From Mobula hypostoma (lineage: Eukaryota): a DNA stretch of 64,000 bases. The translations under genes were made by a program, and so were the position numbers. The DNA lies in contig NC_086108.1 in assembly GCF_963921235.1 (NCBI RefSeq), positions 24,614,001 to 24,678,000 of the forward strand, in the 5' to 3' direction. The notes beneath the pieces are model-generated. The model made no database searches. It was given only the letters and a program-made list of their open reading frames with translations, and was not told where the DNA came from. Shown here in pieces: positions 24,661 through 35,190 of this stretch (its first letter is position 1; each line of letters begins with the position of its first letter).

Positions 24661-26466
24661 ATGAATAATTCAGGAAATTCAAAGGACTTGGGATTGGTTT
24701 GATTGGAGGGGTACCTCCAGAAATACGTGTTGGGGAAGTGACCGCAATATAGGGAGTTTGTCGGTCACCCTGGCTGTGAAGGGAAAACTGCTGGGGATGC
24801 CCTGTGGAAAAGGGTCCAAAGGAAGCTGTTGAGCAGGAAGTTTAAGTAATTACAAAAAACAGTAGCAGTTGGCTGTTTAATTGAGTATTTGATAGAATTA
24901 CCACAAAGTTCTAAGACAAGACGCCACAGATTAGAATCAGAAGTGTCGACATAAAACAGAAGCCGAGCGAGATAGGTTACAGCAGGAAATCCTAGAATAT
25001 CAACAAAAAGCTGAAGCCAAGCGAGATAGGCTACAATAGGAAAATCTAGAATACCAACATAAAGCAGAAGCAGACTGAGAACACAAAAGGCTCCAAAAGA
25101 AGGTAGAAATCTTTAGAGAGAGGGTTACTGATTTACAGGATCAGAGAGATATGGCCTCGATCCATGTGAAACTGTTTCAGCTGAAGTGTGAGCAGCTGAA
25201 CTAGCGAAGGATCAAGTGGAAAGATTAAGAAAACAGTGCAGTGATTTAAAGACGGCTATAAATGTGATTCAGAAATCAGCACAGGAAAGGAGTAGTAACA
25301 CTGGTGATCATGTAAAGTGTTTAAAGCATAATCAAAACAGACTGGACCAACATGCTGCACAGCAAGGCATAATATGTGCTTTTGGATCTGAAAAAGGGGA
25401 GGAAGGTGAATACGGAGACATTGATTGGCATGATTTAGCAGATGAAGCTACTAGATACGGTTACAATAATTATGGAGCACGGTTTCCTGAGGAACTCCCA
25501 CCGATACCCAACCAACTGCAGCCGGTGCTACCATCTGCACGATTGGCACCGCTAGTTACTATCAGAGAGGAGGGAGCGGGGGAGCAAATCAAAATCTGAA
25601 TATAGCATACAGCACTTCGTTCGGGATACAGCAGCCTAGAGATATTACTTAGGATATCGGAACACGTTTGCTTGGAGATGATCCTTGAGAGCTTTTCCAA
25701 GCAACTAGTCATCAGAGACTAATACATGGCCTAGATGACTTGAGGATTATAATGTATTTACATCCAAATATACACTCAGCTTTGCCAGATGTACAATGAC
25801 ATGGTGGGGGAACAAGTGAGGAACTGAAGAATGCAATAATGACTGTTACGGGTGTTAACAGAGGGAGACTGGTAGACGTGCTAGCCAGAAGTTACCAGAG
25901 GAGAGGTGAACGTCCCACTGCATTCACATCCTGTTTATGGACTGTGTTCCAAGGGGTGTATGGAATAGCATTAGAGCAGGACCATTTTGAACCAGAGGTC
26001 TCAAATAGATGGTTGAGGACCCTGGTGTCTCACTGTACTGATGAATCTAAAAAGGCATTGGAAATGTCTGATCCTTCTGAACCCACACATACTGAGGCAT
26101 GGGTACTGAAGAAAATGAGTAGAGCATGGGAAAAGGAGATACAAAAGGGCAACTAAACTCTCTAATGGGAAGGTGATTCCTATTAAAAGTCAAGCACATG
26201 CCTGGAGAAATAAGGGTAGGGGACCCACGCCAAGAACCTCCATGCCATGCTATCAAAGGATAAGGAAGGGCAGAGGAAATGGAACAGGTGGAGTAATTAA
26301 ATGCTACAACTGTGGTCAGGAGGGACACATTAAGAGAGAATGTCCAAACCTGAGATGAGAAAGAGCAGAGCAATGTGGTTTGCCCTTGGAGGGGCCAGAA
26401 AGACTGAGCCAACAAAATAACATGGTGGACACCACCATCCAAGGAATTGTACCTGAGCCTCAGTGA
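24661..26466 (+). pseudogene. gag: gag-like pseudogene (coiled-coil N-half, capsid-like middle, one CCHC knuckle)
   Basis: ORF fragments 25216-25599, 25839-26156 and 26173-26358. Zinc knuckle CYNCGQEGHIKREC at 26302-26343. Many stops and frameshifts. Start codon is tentative. Confidence 0.75.
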
Positions 26467-29415
26467 TGGGGTCAGGCCTCATCAACATGGATGTGTAACA
26501 TAAGGTGGGATGAAACTGGAAGTCCTCTAGTGAGTGGTAGGGTCCGCAGCCATCCTGTTATGGGACACTGGGGGATCTCGAACCACAGTCAACACTACTA
26601 ATGTAAATAACACAAATTGGGAAATACAAGGTAAAATTATTCTAAGTGTATTCACAGGACCTTCATGAGTGGGACATGTGAGTGTACCATTGGAAGTAAG
26701 GACAGGAGACATAGCATTGGATCATTCAACAGTGTTTAATTACCCAGGGACCAGGAACATACACTGGGGAGTGATTATATGGCCAAACTGGGGCTTTGTT
26801 TTGACCCAGTCAATTGTATAACTTGGCAGATGCCAATGATATGAATAACATGCATCACATACAGATCCCAGCAGGAGAATATCAGGATAGAATATGCACA
26901 GTGGGTGAAATGTGGATAAAACTGTAGCTGAGCAACGATCAGAAGGTGCAGCAAATTATTTCACAGAACACAGGGACATTTGCAAGGCACAGGCATGACT
27001 GTGGAAAGATGGCTGGCAGTGTGAGCATAGAAAATCCAGACCCCAAACCACAGAAGCAATATGGGTTTCCTCAAAAAAGTAGAAGATGTAGGTAAGGTAA
27101 TACAGAGTTTGGTACAACAAGGGATACTGTGGCCAGTAGCCTCCACTAATAATTCACCCATATGGCCAGTGAGGAAACCAGAGGGTAGTTAGAGGTTGAC
27201 AATAGACTATCGACAGCTGAATAAAGTAACTCCATTAACAGCCCCAACTGTAGCAACTAACCTGGAGACAGTGGTCAAACAGAATGAAAGAGCTCAATGG
27301 TTCACAGTTTTAGATATAAATAATGGCTTTTGGTCTATCCCACTAGATCAAGAGTGTCAATACAAGTTTGCATTTACGTTTCAGGGACAGCAGTATACAT
27401 GGTCTTCCCAACCCCAGGGGTTCCATAATTCCCATCTTTATTTCACCAGTGCTAGGAGAAGGGTTAAAACAGTTTTCAAAACCCAAGTGCTTGGTACATT
27501 ACATAGATGATCTACTCCTGCAGACTGAAACCAAGCAGGAACATTATCAGCTATCGACAGAACTGCTGCAATTATTACATGCATTGGGACTGAAGGTAAA
27601 CCCTAAAAAAGCACAGGTAATGAAACAATAAGTTAGTTATTTGTGAATGATCTTGACACTGGGAAAAAGAGAAATTGATAAGCAAAGTGTAGAATCTGTT
27701 ATGAAACTCCCTATTTCCTGAGACCTGAAAGGGCTGTGGTCCTTTCTGGGGCTGGTAGGCTACTGTAGGGATCACATTGATGGGTTTTTCACTCAGGCAG
27801 CTCCTTTAATGGAGTTACTGAAAAAGAATGTGACATGGGAATGGAAATCAGAACATATTCAGCCCATCACAGCTCTGAAGCAAGTGTAGGCCACTGCACC
27901 TCTTTAAAAACACCAAATCCAAATGAGCCATTCTCATTGAATTCTCATTGGACGTGGCTACAACTGATACCACCCTCTCAGCAATGCTGTTACAGGAGGT
28001 GCACGGGAAGTTAAGACCAGTAGCGTATGCTCTCATCAGCAGAACAGGGGTATACTGTATGTGAAAAACACTTGCTAGTGGTTTTCTGGGCAGTACAACA
28101 TTTTGCCTACATAGTGGGACTTAATCCACTTAAGATACTGACAGAACACACCCCCATACAATTACTGTTAGATGGAAGAATTAAAGATGGTGCAGTAAGC
28201 CAAAACAGAATTGCTCGAATATCATTGCTGTTGCAAGGGAGAAATATGAGTGTAAAGCGAGTAAACACTATGTCAATGGCAGTCGATATCCTGGTGTACC
28301 AAGGAGGTGAACATCAGTGGCGTTATGATAGCAAATGATTCCAGGGTCCATTTGTATCAAAACAAAAAGAAAGGGGCGGAAGCAGATCAGGTAAAGTAAT
28401 GACTGAGAACAAAGACACAAAGAAAAGAGGAAAAAAAACATTTTACAAAAAATATAAAATTTTTGTAGATGTCTCCTCATCAGTACAGGATGGTGAGAGG
28501 AAAACTGGCTGTGGCATATATGTAGAGGATGAACATGGCCAGGAAAGGTATAGTATAGCTTTAAAGTGACCCAAAACCTTGAGTGCAAAGGCAGTAGAAT
28601 TGGCAGCTGTAGCATATGTGGTTAGCCACCCAGAACGTTTTCTGCCAGGTTCAGTCATACACTCTGATAATATGTACGTTTGTAACAGCCTTACAGAACA
28701 TTTGCCTCTGTGGGAAGCCGGAGGGCTTGGTTCAGCTGATGGGAAGCCCCTCCCATCTGCTGCTTTATTACAATATATATTTGAGGAGGCAAAGGGAAAA
28801 GAACATGTAGTCATAAAGGTGAAAGGCCACTCTAAGTTTTCTCCTGACAGAAATAGAAAGGTTGGCGAATTGGCACAGCAAGGTGCCTTGGGCATATGGG
28901 CATGAATGGCAGTCACCGATTGGGAAGATTGGAAGGCAGAAGGAACAACAGATTAAGGTTATGGATTCAACAGAGGAGCAGAAGATAAAGAATTTAAAAA
29001 AAAACTGACAGAAGGTACAGGGTCTGAAGTATACAAAGAGCACAAGGGAGTGTTTGTCAAAGATGGAGCTGTCCTTCATGAAGGAAAGCTTGTGGTTCCA
29101 GAGGCAGGAAGAAACCAGATGATCCATTGATACCATTATCTATGGGGATACCAGGGGTGCAAAAGTACCCTGGAAAAGATCAAGGAAGTGGGCTGGTGGC
29201 CTAACATAAAGGATGATGTGGAGCATTATGTCAAAAAGTTGCTTGAGTTGTACACAATATAATCCTGACAGAAATGTAAAGAAAGGATCCCTTCAACACA
29301 GCAGACCAGTGGAAGGGCCTTGGACTAATTTGCAGATATATTATGTTGGTCCCTTACTGCCCACCCCAGGAAAGTTCAAGTATATCCTGGTAGTAGTATG
29401 AAGTGGGTGGATTTT
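26467..29415 (+). pseudogene. pol: pol pseudogene: protease, RT, tether RNase H, second RNase H, N-terminal part of integrase
   Basis: PR LWDTGG...LGSD. RT PKPQKQY, TIDYRQLNK, LDINNGFW, FAFTFQGQQYTW, PQGFHNS, YIDDLLL. Tether RPVAYA/CEKHLL/TEHTP. RNase H IFVD.SS/ELAAV/IHSD/KVKGHS. IN WWPNIKDDVEHYV, CLSC, GPWTNLQIYYVGPL, KYILVVV, KWVD, after which homology ends. Confidence 0.88.
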
Positions 29416-29664
29416 CAGTTCCCTCATCCTGAGAACCAGGGGAGTTTTGTCAAAAAATCAAAGGAAAAGGAAAATATGCCAGTGCTTATCCCTCTTGTCC
29501 CAAAACAAAATTGGGTGAGGAAAAATGGACGACTTGAGTCCAAGAGCAAAGGGAAGTCTGGATTGGATGGTCTAGATAAACAAAATATGGACTTAAAATA
29601 ATTTAAGATTCAAACTAGAAATAAGAGTAGATATTACCCTCGCGTGTTACAGGTTCAACTCAAC

Positions 29665-30272
29665 ATGGAGAGAATAATGTATTTTGTTGCGGTGGCACTA
29701 ACCATGACTGGGGCCATGATCTGTCTTGTTCCAGAGCGAGGACAGCAGACTAACATTTCAATTGTTTGGAAAACACTCAGTGAACAAAATAAAACATATC
29801 TTCTTAACGACACAGGTATTACAGTCTAACAAAGGTGAAATGGAGGACTCAGATTTGTATTATACACAATAATGAAGGAGATCTTCAAGATTCAACGCAC
29901 TGATACAGATGAATATCTGCTGACTATGTTGTTACTGAGTGGCTACCAATTCGTCACTTGACTGCAGACTGGGCACGTGCTGTGGGATGGCGAGGGAGAT
30001 CATCCATCAATGGACTAAACACACTAAAGTAATTAAAACATGCTGGTAAGGCAAATGAAATATTGAGTGACCCAGGCTTTTGGAGTAAGTTTTGGAATTG
30101 GGGGATAAATGTACAAATACATCCGTGGGTAAGAATAGTATCACATGCTGTAGTAATACTAATTTTATGCGCCCTGATAATTATATAGCTCGATGTATAT
30201 CAACTAAGAAGATAGAAGGCTGAAATATTGGAAAAAGTTGAGGATAATTCTTTCATTAAAAGGCAGGTATGA
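29665..30272 (+). pseudogene. env-like membrane glycoprotein remnant (probably internally deleted)
   Basis: Strong-context ATG (caacATGg) just after a ttacAG acceptor-like site. Signal-like MERIMYFVAVALTMTGAMIC, sequons NIS, NKT and NDT. In another frame, Trp-rich PGFWSKFWNWG followed by hydrophobic IVSHAVVILILCALIII and a short charged tail. Confidence 0.6.
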
Positions 30273-30435
30273 TTGTCAGTTTCAAGTGGGTGAATTTAGT
30301 TATTTATATTTAGTTAAATGTTAATATTATTTACAGAAAGTAAGTGTTGAACACCTACTGGGGTTCCATGACAGTTCATGGGCTGTCAATTAAATGAGAG
30401 GAGGATAATGATCCTAAGATAAATATCTTTGGATC

Positions 30436-30448
30436 AAGAGGAGGGAGA
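30436..30448 (+). promoter_or_regulatory. Polypurine tract
   Basis: AAGAGGAGGGAGA immediately before the TG start of the 3' LTR. Confidence 0.85.
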
Positions 30449-31212
30449 TGTTGGCCAGAAGAAGCTACAGTATGCAAGTAGTGGATTTGATGAATCAATG
30501 ACGGAAAAGCAGAAAAAACAGTTGTCTTTGTTTCCCCCCATTTTGTGGATTCTGAACTGACTCTTGCTCTGGGACAATCCAATCAGAGCAATTGAATGTG
30601 GACACAAGGAACTTCAAGTAATGACCTGCTAAATCTGAGACCATTCTCTGAGGAGTAGCTACTTGTTATGTAAAATGCCAGAACTACCAAAGAAGCAATC
30701 AGCAATCTCATTAGACTCTGTCTGGGTTGCCTCATTTAACTGGTTTGGACCAGTCAGAGTTGAAAGAACAAATACACAATACTGGGGTGGGCAGAGTCAT
30801 GAAACAATGTTGGTGGTAGCCCTGAACAATGACCAGTAAGAAGGTGACCTCGAGCCAATGTGATGGAGATCCAAGAGTTCAATTGACGAAAAACAGTATA
30901 AGAGTCAGGAACTCCAAATATGCAGGGGAAATAACTCTCAAACAGAGAGCAAACAGAGACCAACCATCGCGGATAAGGATGACCCCACCGTCAGGTGGAG
31001 ATCGGGACGACGAGGACTGCCCAACCAGCATAGGCTCCTCTTCCGGTTAATATCTTTTCTCTTCATTGACTGTTCATGGAGGATAAGGGATGCACACAGG
31101 TAGCTTTTTTTGTGAATCCACATACTTCTTAGTTGAAACAATAAGTTACTCGTCAGGAAATACAGACTCTGTGCCTCACTGATCATTATTACAAAGGGAG
31201 ATTCTTGTAGCA
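30449..31212 (+). repeat. 3' LTR of provirus
   Basis: TGTTGGCC...TAGCA, homologous to the 5' LTR with substitutions and indels, followed by the GAAC TSD. Confidence 0.9.
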
Positions 31213-31529
31213 GAACCAAAAGGGAAATTGTATTGTGTTTTTAAGGCATCTTGCTCAGAAGCATCATAGAAACTAGAAGGTTGCCTCACTTCAATCTTCC
31301 TCCAATTCATTGTGGAATGCGATATATTTCTCCCTAAAATGGGTTAGAAACCAAGATAGAAAAAATTCTATGGGCTGGGAACAATTATTAACAATGTAAA
31401 TAAATAAAAGCATGCATTTACCATCAAGCATGAATATATTTTTGGGAATTATTCCAAGTTCTAATTACTTATTTGGAAATCTACTAACGTTTTTGTAGGC
31501 AGTTTGCATTCATCAGTTACACACAACTG

Positions 31530-31980
31530 AGCAGGTAGATCAGTAGATTAACAAGTTCAGTTGCAAGGAGAAACTGGAGAAAAGAGGTCTTTTTGCCCTG
31601 CAATGTACGAAGTTTATAGAAGATATGATTGAGGAAAATAAAACATGAGGAATTATAAGGGGCGTAGATATAATGGTCTGCAAGAAACTTTGTCCCACTC
31701 AGGTAGATAAAACTAAGGGCATAGTTTGGGGTAAGGTGGAAGAGATTCAAGGGAGATAGAATAGGTCTCTTTTACCCAGAGAGTGTTAAGTGCCTGTAAT
31801 GCACTGCCTGAAAGTGGTTGAAGCTGGGCTATTGACAGCATTTAAAAAGTATCTAGGTGCGTACTTGAATGGCTGAGGCATAGAAGGTTATGGACCAAGT
31901 GTTGTCAGTGAAGTTAATACGAAGGGGCCCACTGGTTGGTGTTGATGAGTTTGACCAAAGGCCTGCTGTTACTCTGTTGA
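31530..31980 (+). mobile_element. Old CR1 3' fragment
   Basis: Decayed TTTTACCCAGAGAGTG...GCATTTAAAAAGTATCTAG...CAAAGGCCTG CR1 3' motifs. Confidence 0.6.
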
Positions 31981-32079
31981 TACAAAGAAACAAAGTTGGT
32001 AGAAAGTTAGTAGAAACCTGTGACATTCCTGAATTGAACTGTGTCAGAATACAAAACATACGTGTTTTATTTTAAGCAG

Positions 32080-34415
32080 AATTTCCAACGACAATTTGGC
32101 CAGTCAATGGGAATCAGAGTGATAGCACAGAGGATGAGGTGGTTGGTTTACAAACAGAGGTAGAGAAACTGCCAACAAGAGTGGCTGATCATAGGGCAAA
32201 AATGCAGTCAACAGCTTGAGTTGCAAAGTAAAAGGTGGACAAGATTGAAAAGGGTAAATACAGGAATGAAGGTGTTATATTTGAATGTGTGCAGTATACA
32301 AAATAAGATAAAAGATAGCTCAGTTAGAGATTGGCATGTATGATGCTGTGGGCATCACTGAATTGTGGCTGAAAGAAGATTTTAACTGAGAGCTTAACAT
32401 CCAAGGATACACAAGTATTGAAAGGACAAGCAGGTAGGCAGAGAGGGTGGTGTGGCTCTGTCGGCAAAAAATGAAATCAAATCATTAGAAGGAGGTGTCA
32501 TAGGGTCAGGTGTTAAATCGTTGTAGGTAGAGCTAAGGAACCACAAGGGTAAAAAGACCCAGATGAGAATTATATACAAACAGCACTAAAGATGTGGTCC
32601 ACAAATTCCAATGGAAGACAGAAAACGTATGCCAAAAGGGCAATGGTATAATAGTCATGGGGAATTTCAATATGCAGGTAAATTGAGATAATGACGGTAG
32701 TGCTAGATCCCCAGAGGGGGAATGCCTACGAGATGGTAATGTAGAGCAGCTCGTGATTGAGTCCCACTAGGGGATCAGCTAAGCTGTATTGGGTGTTATG
32801 CAATGAACTGGAATTGATTAGAGTGTTGTTTAAGGTAAAAGAACCCTTAGGGACCAGTGATCATAATATGACAGAATTCACCCTGCAATTTGAGAGGGAG
32901 AAGCTTAAATCAGATGTATCAGTATTACAGTGGAGTAAAGAGAATTACAGGGGCATGAGAGAGAAGCTGGCTGAAACTGACTGGAAAAGAACACTGGAAG
33001 GGATGATGGCAGAGCAGCAATGGCTAAGTTTCTGGAAGTAATTTGGAAGGCTCAAGATATACATATTCCAAAGAGGAAGCAGCAATCTAAAGGCAAATGA
33101 CAAAATTGTGGCTAACAAGAGAAGCCAGAGCCAACATAAAAGCCAAAAAGAGGGCATAGAATAGAGCAAAAGTTAGTGATAAGCTGAAGGATTGGAAAGC
33201 TTTTAGAGACTAAAAGGAGGAAACCAAAAAAAAAGACATTAAGAAAAAAATGGAATGTGAATATAAGATAGCCAATAATATTAAAGAGGATGCCAAAAGG
33301 TTCTTCAGATACATAAAGTGTAAAAGAGAAGTGAGAATAGATATTGGATCGCTGGAAAATTATGTTGGAGAATTAATAATAAGGGAAAAGGAAATGGCTG
33401 ATGAGCTGAATAAGTATTTTGCGTCAGTCTGCACGGTGGAAGACACTAGCAGTATGCCAGAAATCCGAGAGTAACGGGGGCAGGATTGTGTAATGTTGGC
33501 ATTACTAGGGAGAGGGTTCTTGGAAAACTGAAACGTTTGAAGGTAGATGTCACCTGGATCAGATGGTATACATGCCAGGGTTCTGAAAATGGTGGCTGAA
33601 GAAATTGTGGAGGCAGTAGTAATCATCTTTAAGAATCAATTGATTCTGGCATGGTTGCAGAGGAATAGAACATTGGAAATGTCACTCCACTCTCCAAGAA
33701 GGAAGAGAGACAGAAAAGAAGAAATTATAGGTCTGTTAATCTGACCTCAGTGGTTGGGCAGATATTGGAAATGATTGTTAAGGATGTAGTTTCAGGGTAC
33801 ATGATGAAGTAAGTCGTAGTCAGCATGGTTTCCTCAAGGGTAAATTTTGCTTGATAAATCTACTGGAATTTGTTGAAGAAATAACAAGCAGGCTAGACGA
33901 ATGAGAATCAGTGAAAGTTGTGTATTTGGATTTGCTGACATTAGAGTGGGTTCAGAGGAGGTCCACGAAAATGATTCTGGGATTGAAAGGCTTATGAAGA
34001 GCATTTGATAGCTCTGGACGTCTAGTTCAAAGGAGTAAGTAGTAACCTCATCAAATGTTGAAAGCTCTTGTTAGGATGTGTAGATGGTGTTTCCTGTGGT
34101 GGGGGAGTCTAAGACCAGAGCACACAGCTTCAGAATAGAGGGGCATCCTTTTAGAATGAGGATGAGGAGGAGATTCTTTAGCCAGAGAGTGGTGAATCTG
34201 TGGCATTCATTGCCACAGGTGGCTGTGGATGCCAAGTGATTGAGTATATTTAAGGCAGAAGTTGATAGATTCTTGATTAGTCAGAGCATGAAGGGATACA
34301 GGGTGAAGGCAGGAGATTGGAGCTGAGAGGGAAAATGGATCAGCCATGATGAAATGATGGAGCAGACTCAATGAGCCAAAGGCCTAATTCTGCTCTGATA
34401 CCTTATGGTCTTATA
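32080..34415 (+). mobile_element. CR1 LINE with internal deletions
   Basis: EPLGTSDHNM, KRFFRYIK, ELNKYFASV, SPGSDGIHARVLK and CR1 3' end. Confidence 0.85.
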
Positions 34416-34739
34416 ATGCTGAGTCTCAGTTATTCACTTTGGGTCAATAAGCAATGCAAGCCTGTCAAAACTCATGATCTATATTCAGCGCAGAATGTGG
34501 AGAGAACAGAATAGGGTTAGTGCAGAACTGGTGCAAACAGGTGCTCAATGGTGTGTACAGGATTAGCCTCTTTCTGGCCTGTAAACCCATGATACACGTA
34601 AAACTGAATCCTTAAGAGTTCTGAGCGTGGGCCAGATGTGGGAACAGTTCAGCAAAATTAGTAAGAGGTGTCACATTAAAGGCTTTGCTAATCAAGAATT
34701 CTGAGTAACAAACTTGAGCGTTCAGACATTCGGGCTGTA

Positions 34740-35190
34740 CAGGAATTAATGCTGATGAAATGTTCCAGAGTGGGCAACAACAAGAGGAAGATAATGTCAA
34801 ACAAAGCCTAGAAGTAAATATAATTGACAAATCAAAGTTCAATGATCTAATGATCATTATTGTGCCAATAAATGTGAAGAGAAACGCTTCAATAGAGAAA
34901 GAAGTAGAGAACCATTTTAGAAATGAAGAGGAAATTACTGGTAAGGTAGCAACTCTTTTGTTGCTTATTAACAAAAGAACTGCACAAGGAGAAGCTTCCT
35001 CGTAGATCAGCAGAGCACGCTCAGTTTCAACGATAAGCCAAATCATCATGAAGGCTTCGCATTCAGTTTTCCTCCTTTGATTGTCAGTGAAAGAGATCCA
35101 GGAATATTGAATAACACACCAAATAAATTATCCAGAACATTGTCCAAAACAAATTTACAATGCAAATGAACTGAAATGGTATTTCAATTT
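34740..35190 (+). mobile_element. Ancient Tigger/pogo-like transposase remnant
   Basis: CPKQIYNANE at ~35141-35170 resembles the pogo/Tigger IYNADE motif. Upstream SLEVNII is HTH-psq-like. Confidence 0.4.

Larger units (their letters stand above)
23763..31212 (+). mobile_element. Endogenous retrovirus-like provirus (spuma-related / lokiretrovirus-like), defective
   Basis: Two homologous ~770-bp LTRs, GAAC TSD (23759-23762 and 31213-31216), PBS, PPT, and gag-pro-RT-tether-RNaseH-IN-env order in decayed frames. Confidence 0.9.

Noticed and set aside
23763..31212. Calling the provirus a canonical foamy virus or a plain Gypsy element
   Set aside because: The CCHC Gag, short Env signal and lack of visible accessory genes argue against a canonical foamy virus. 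Dual RNase H and the env-like cassette argue against a plain Gypsy element. Left unresolved pending phylogeny.
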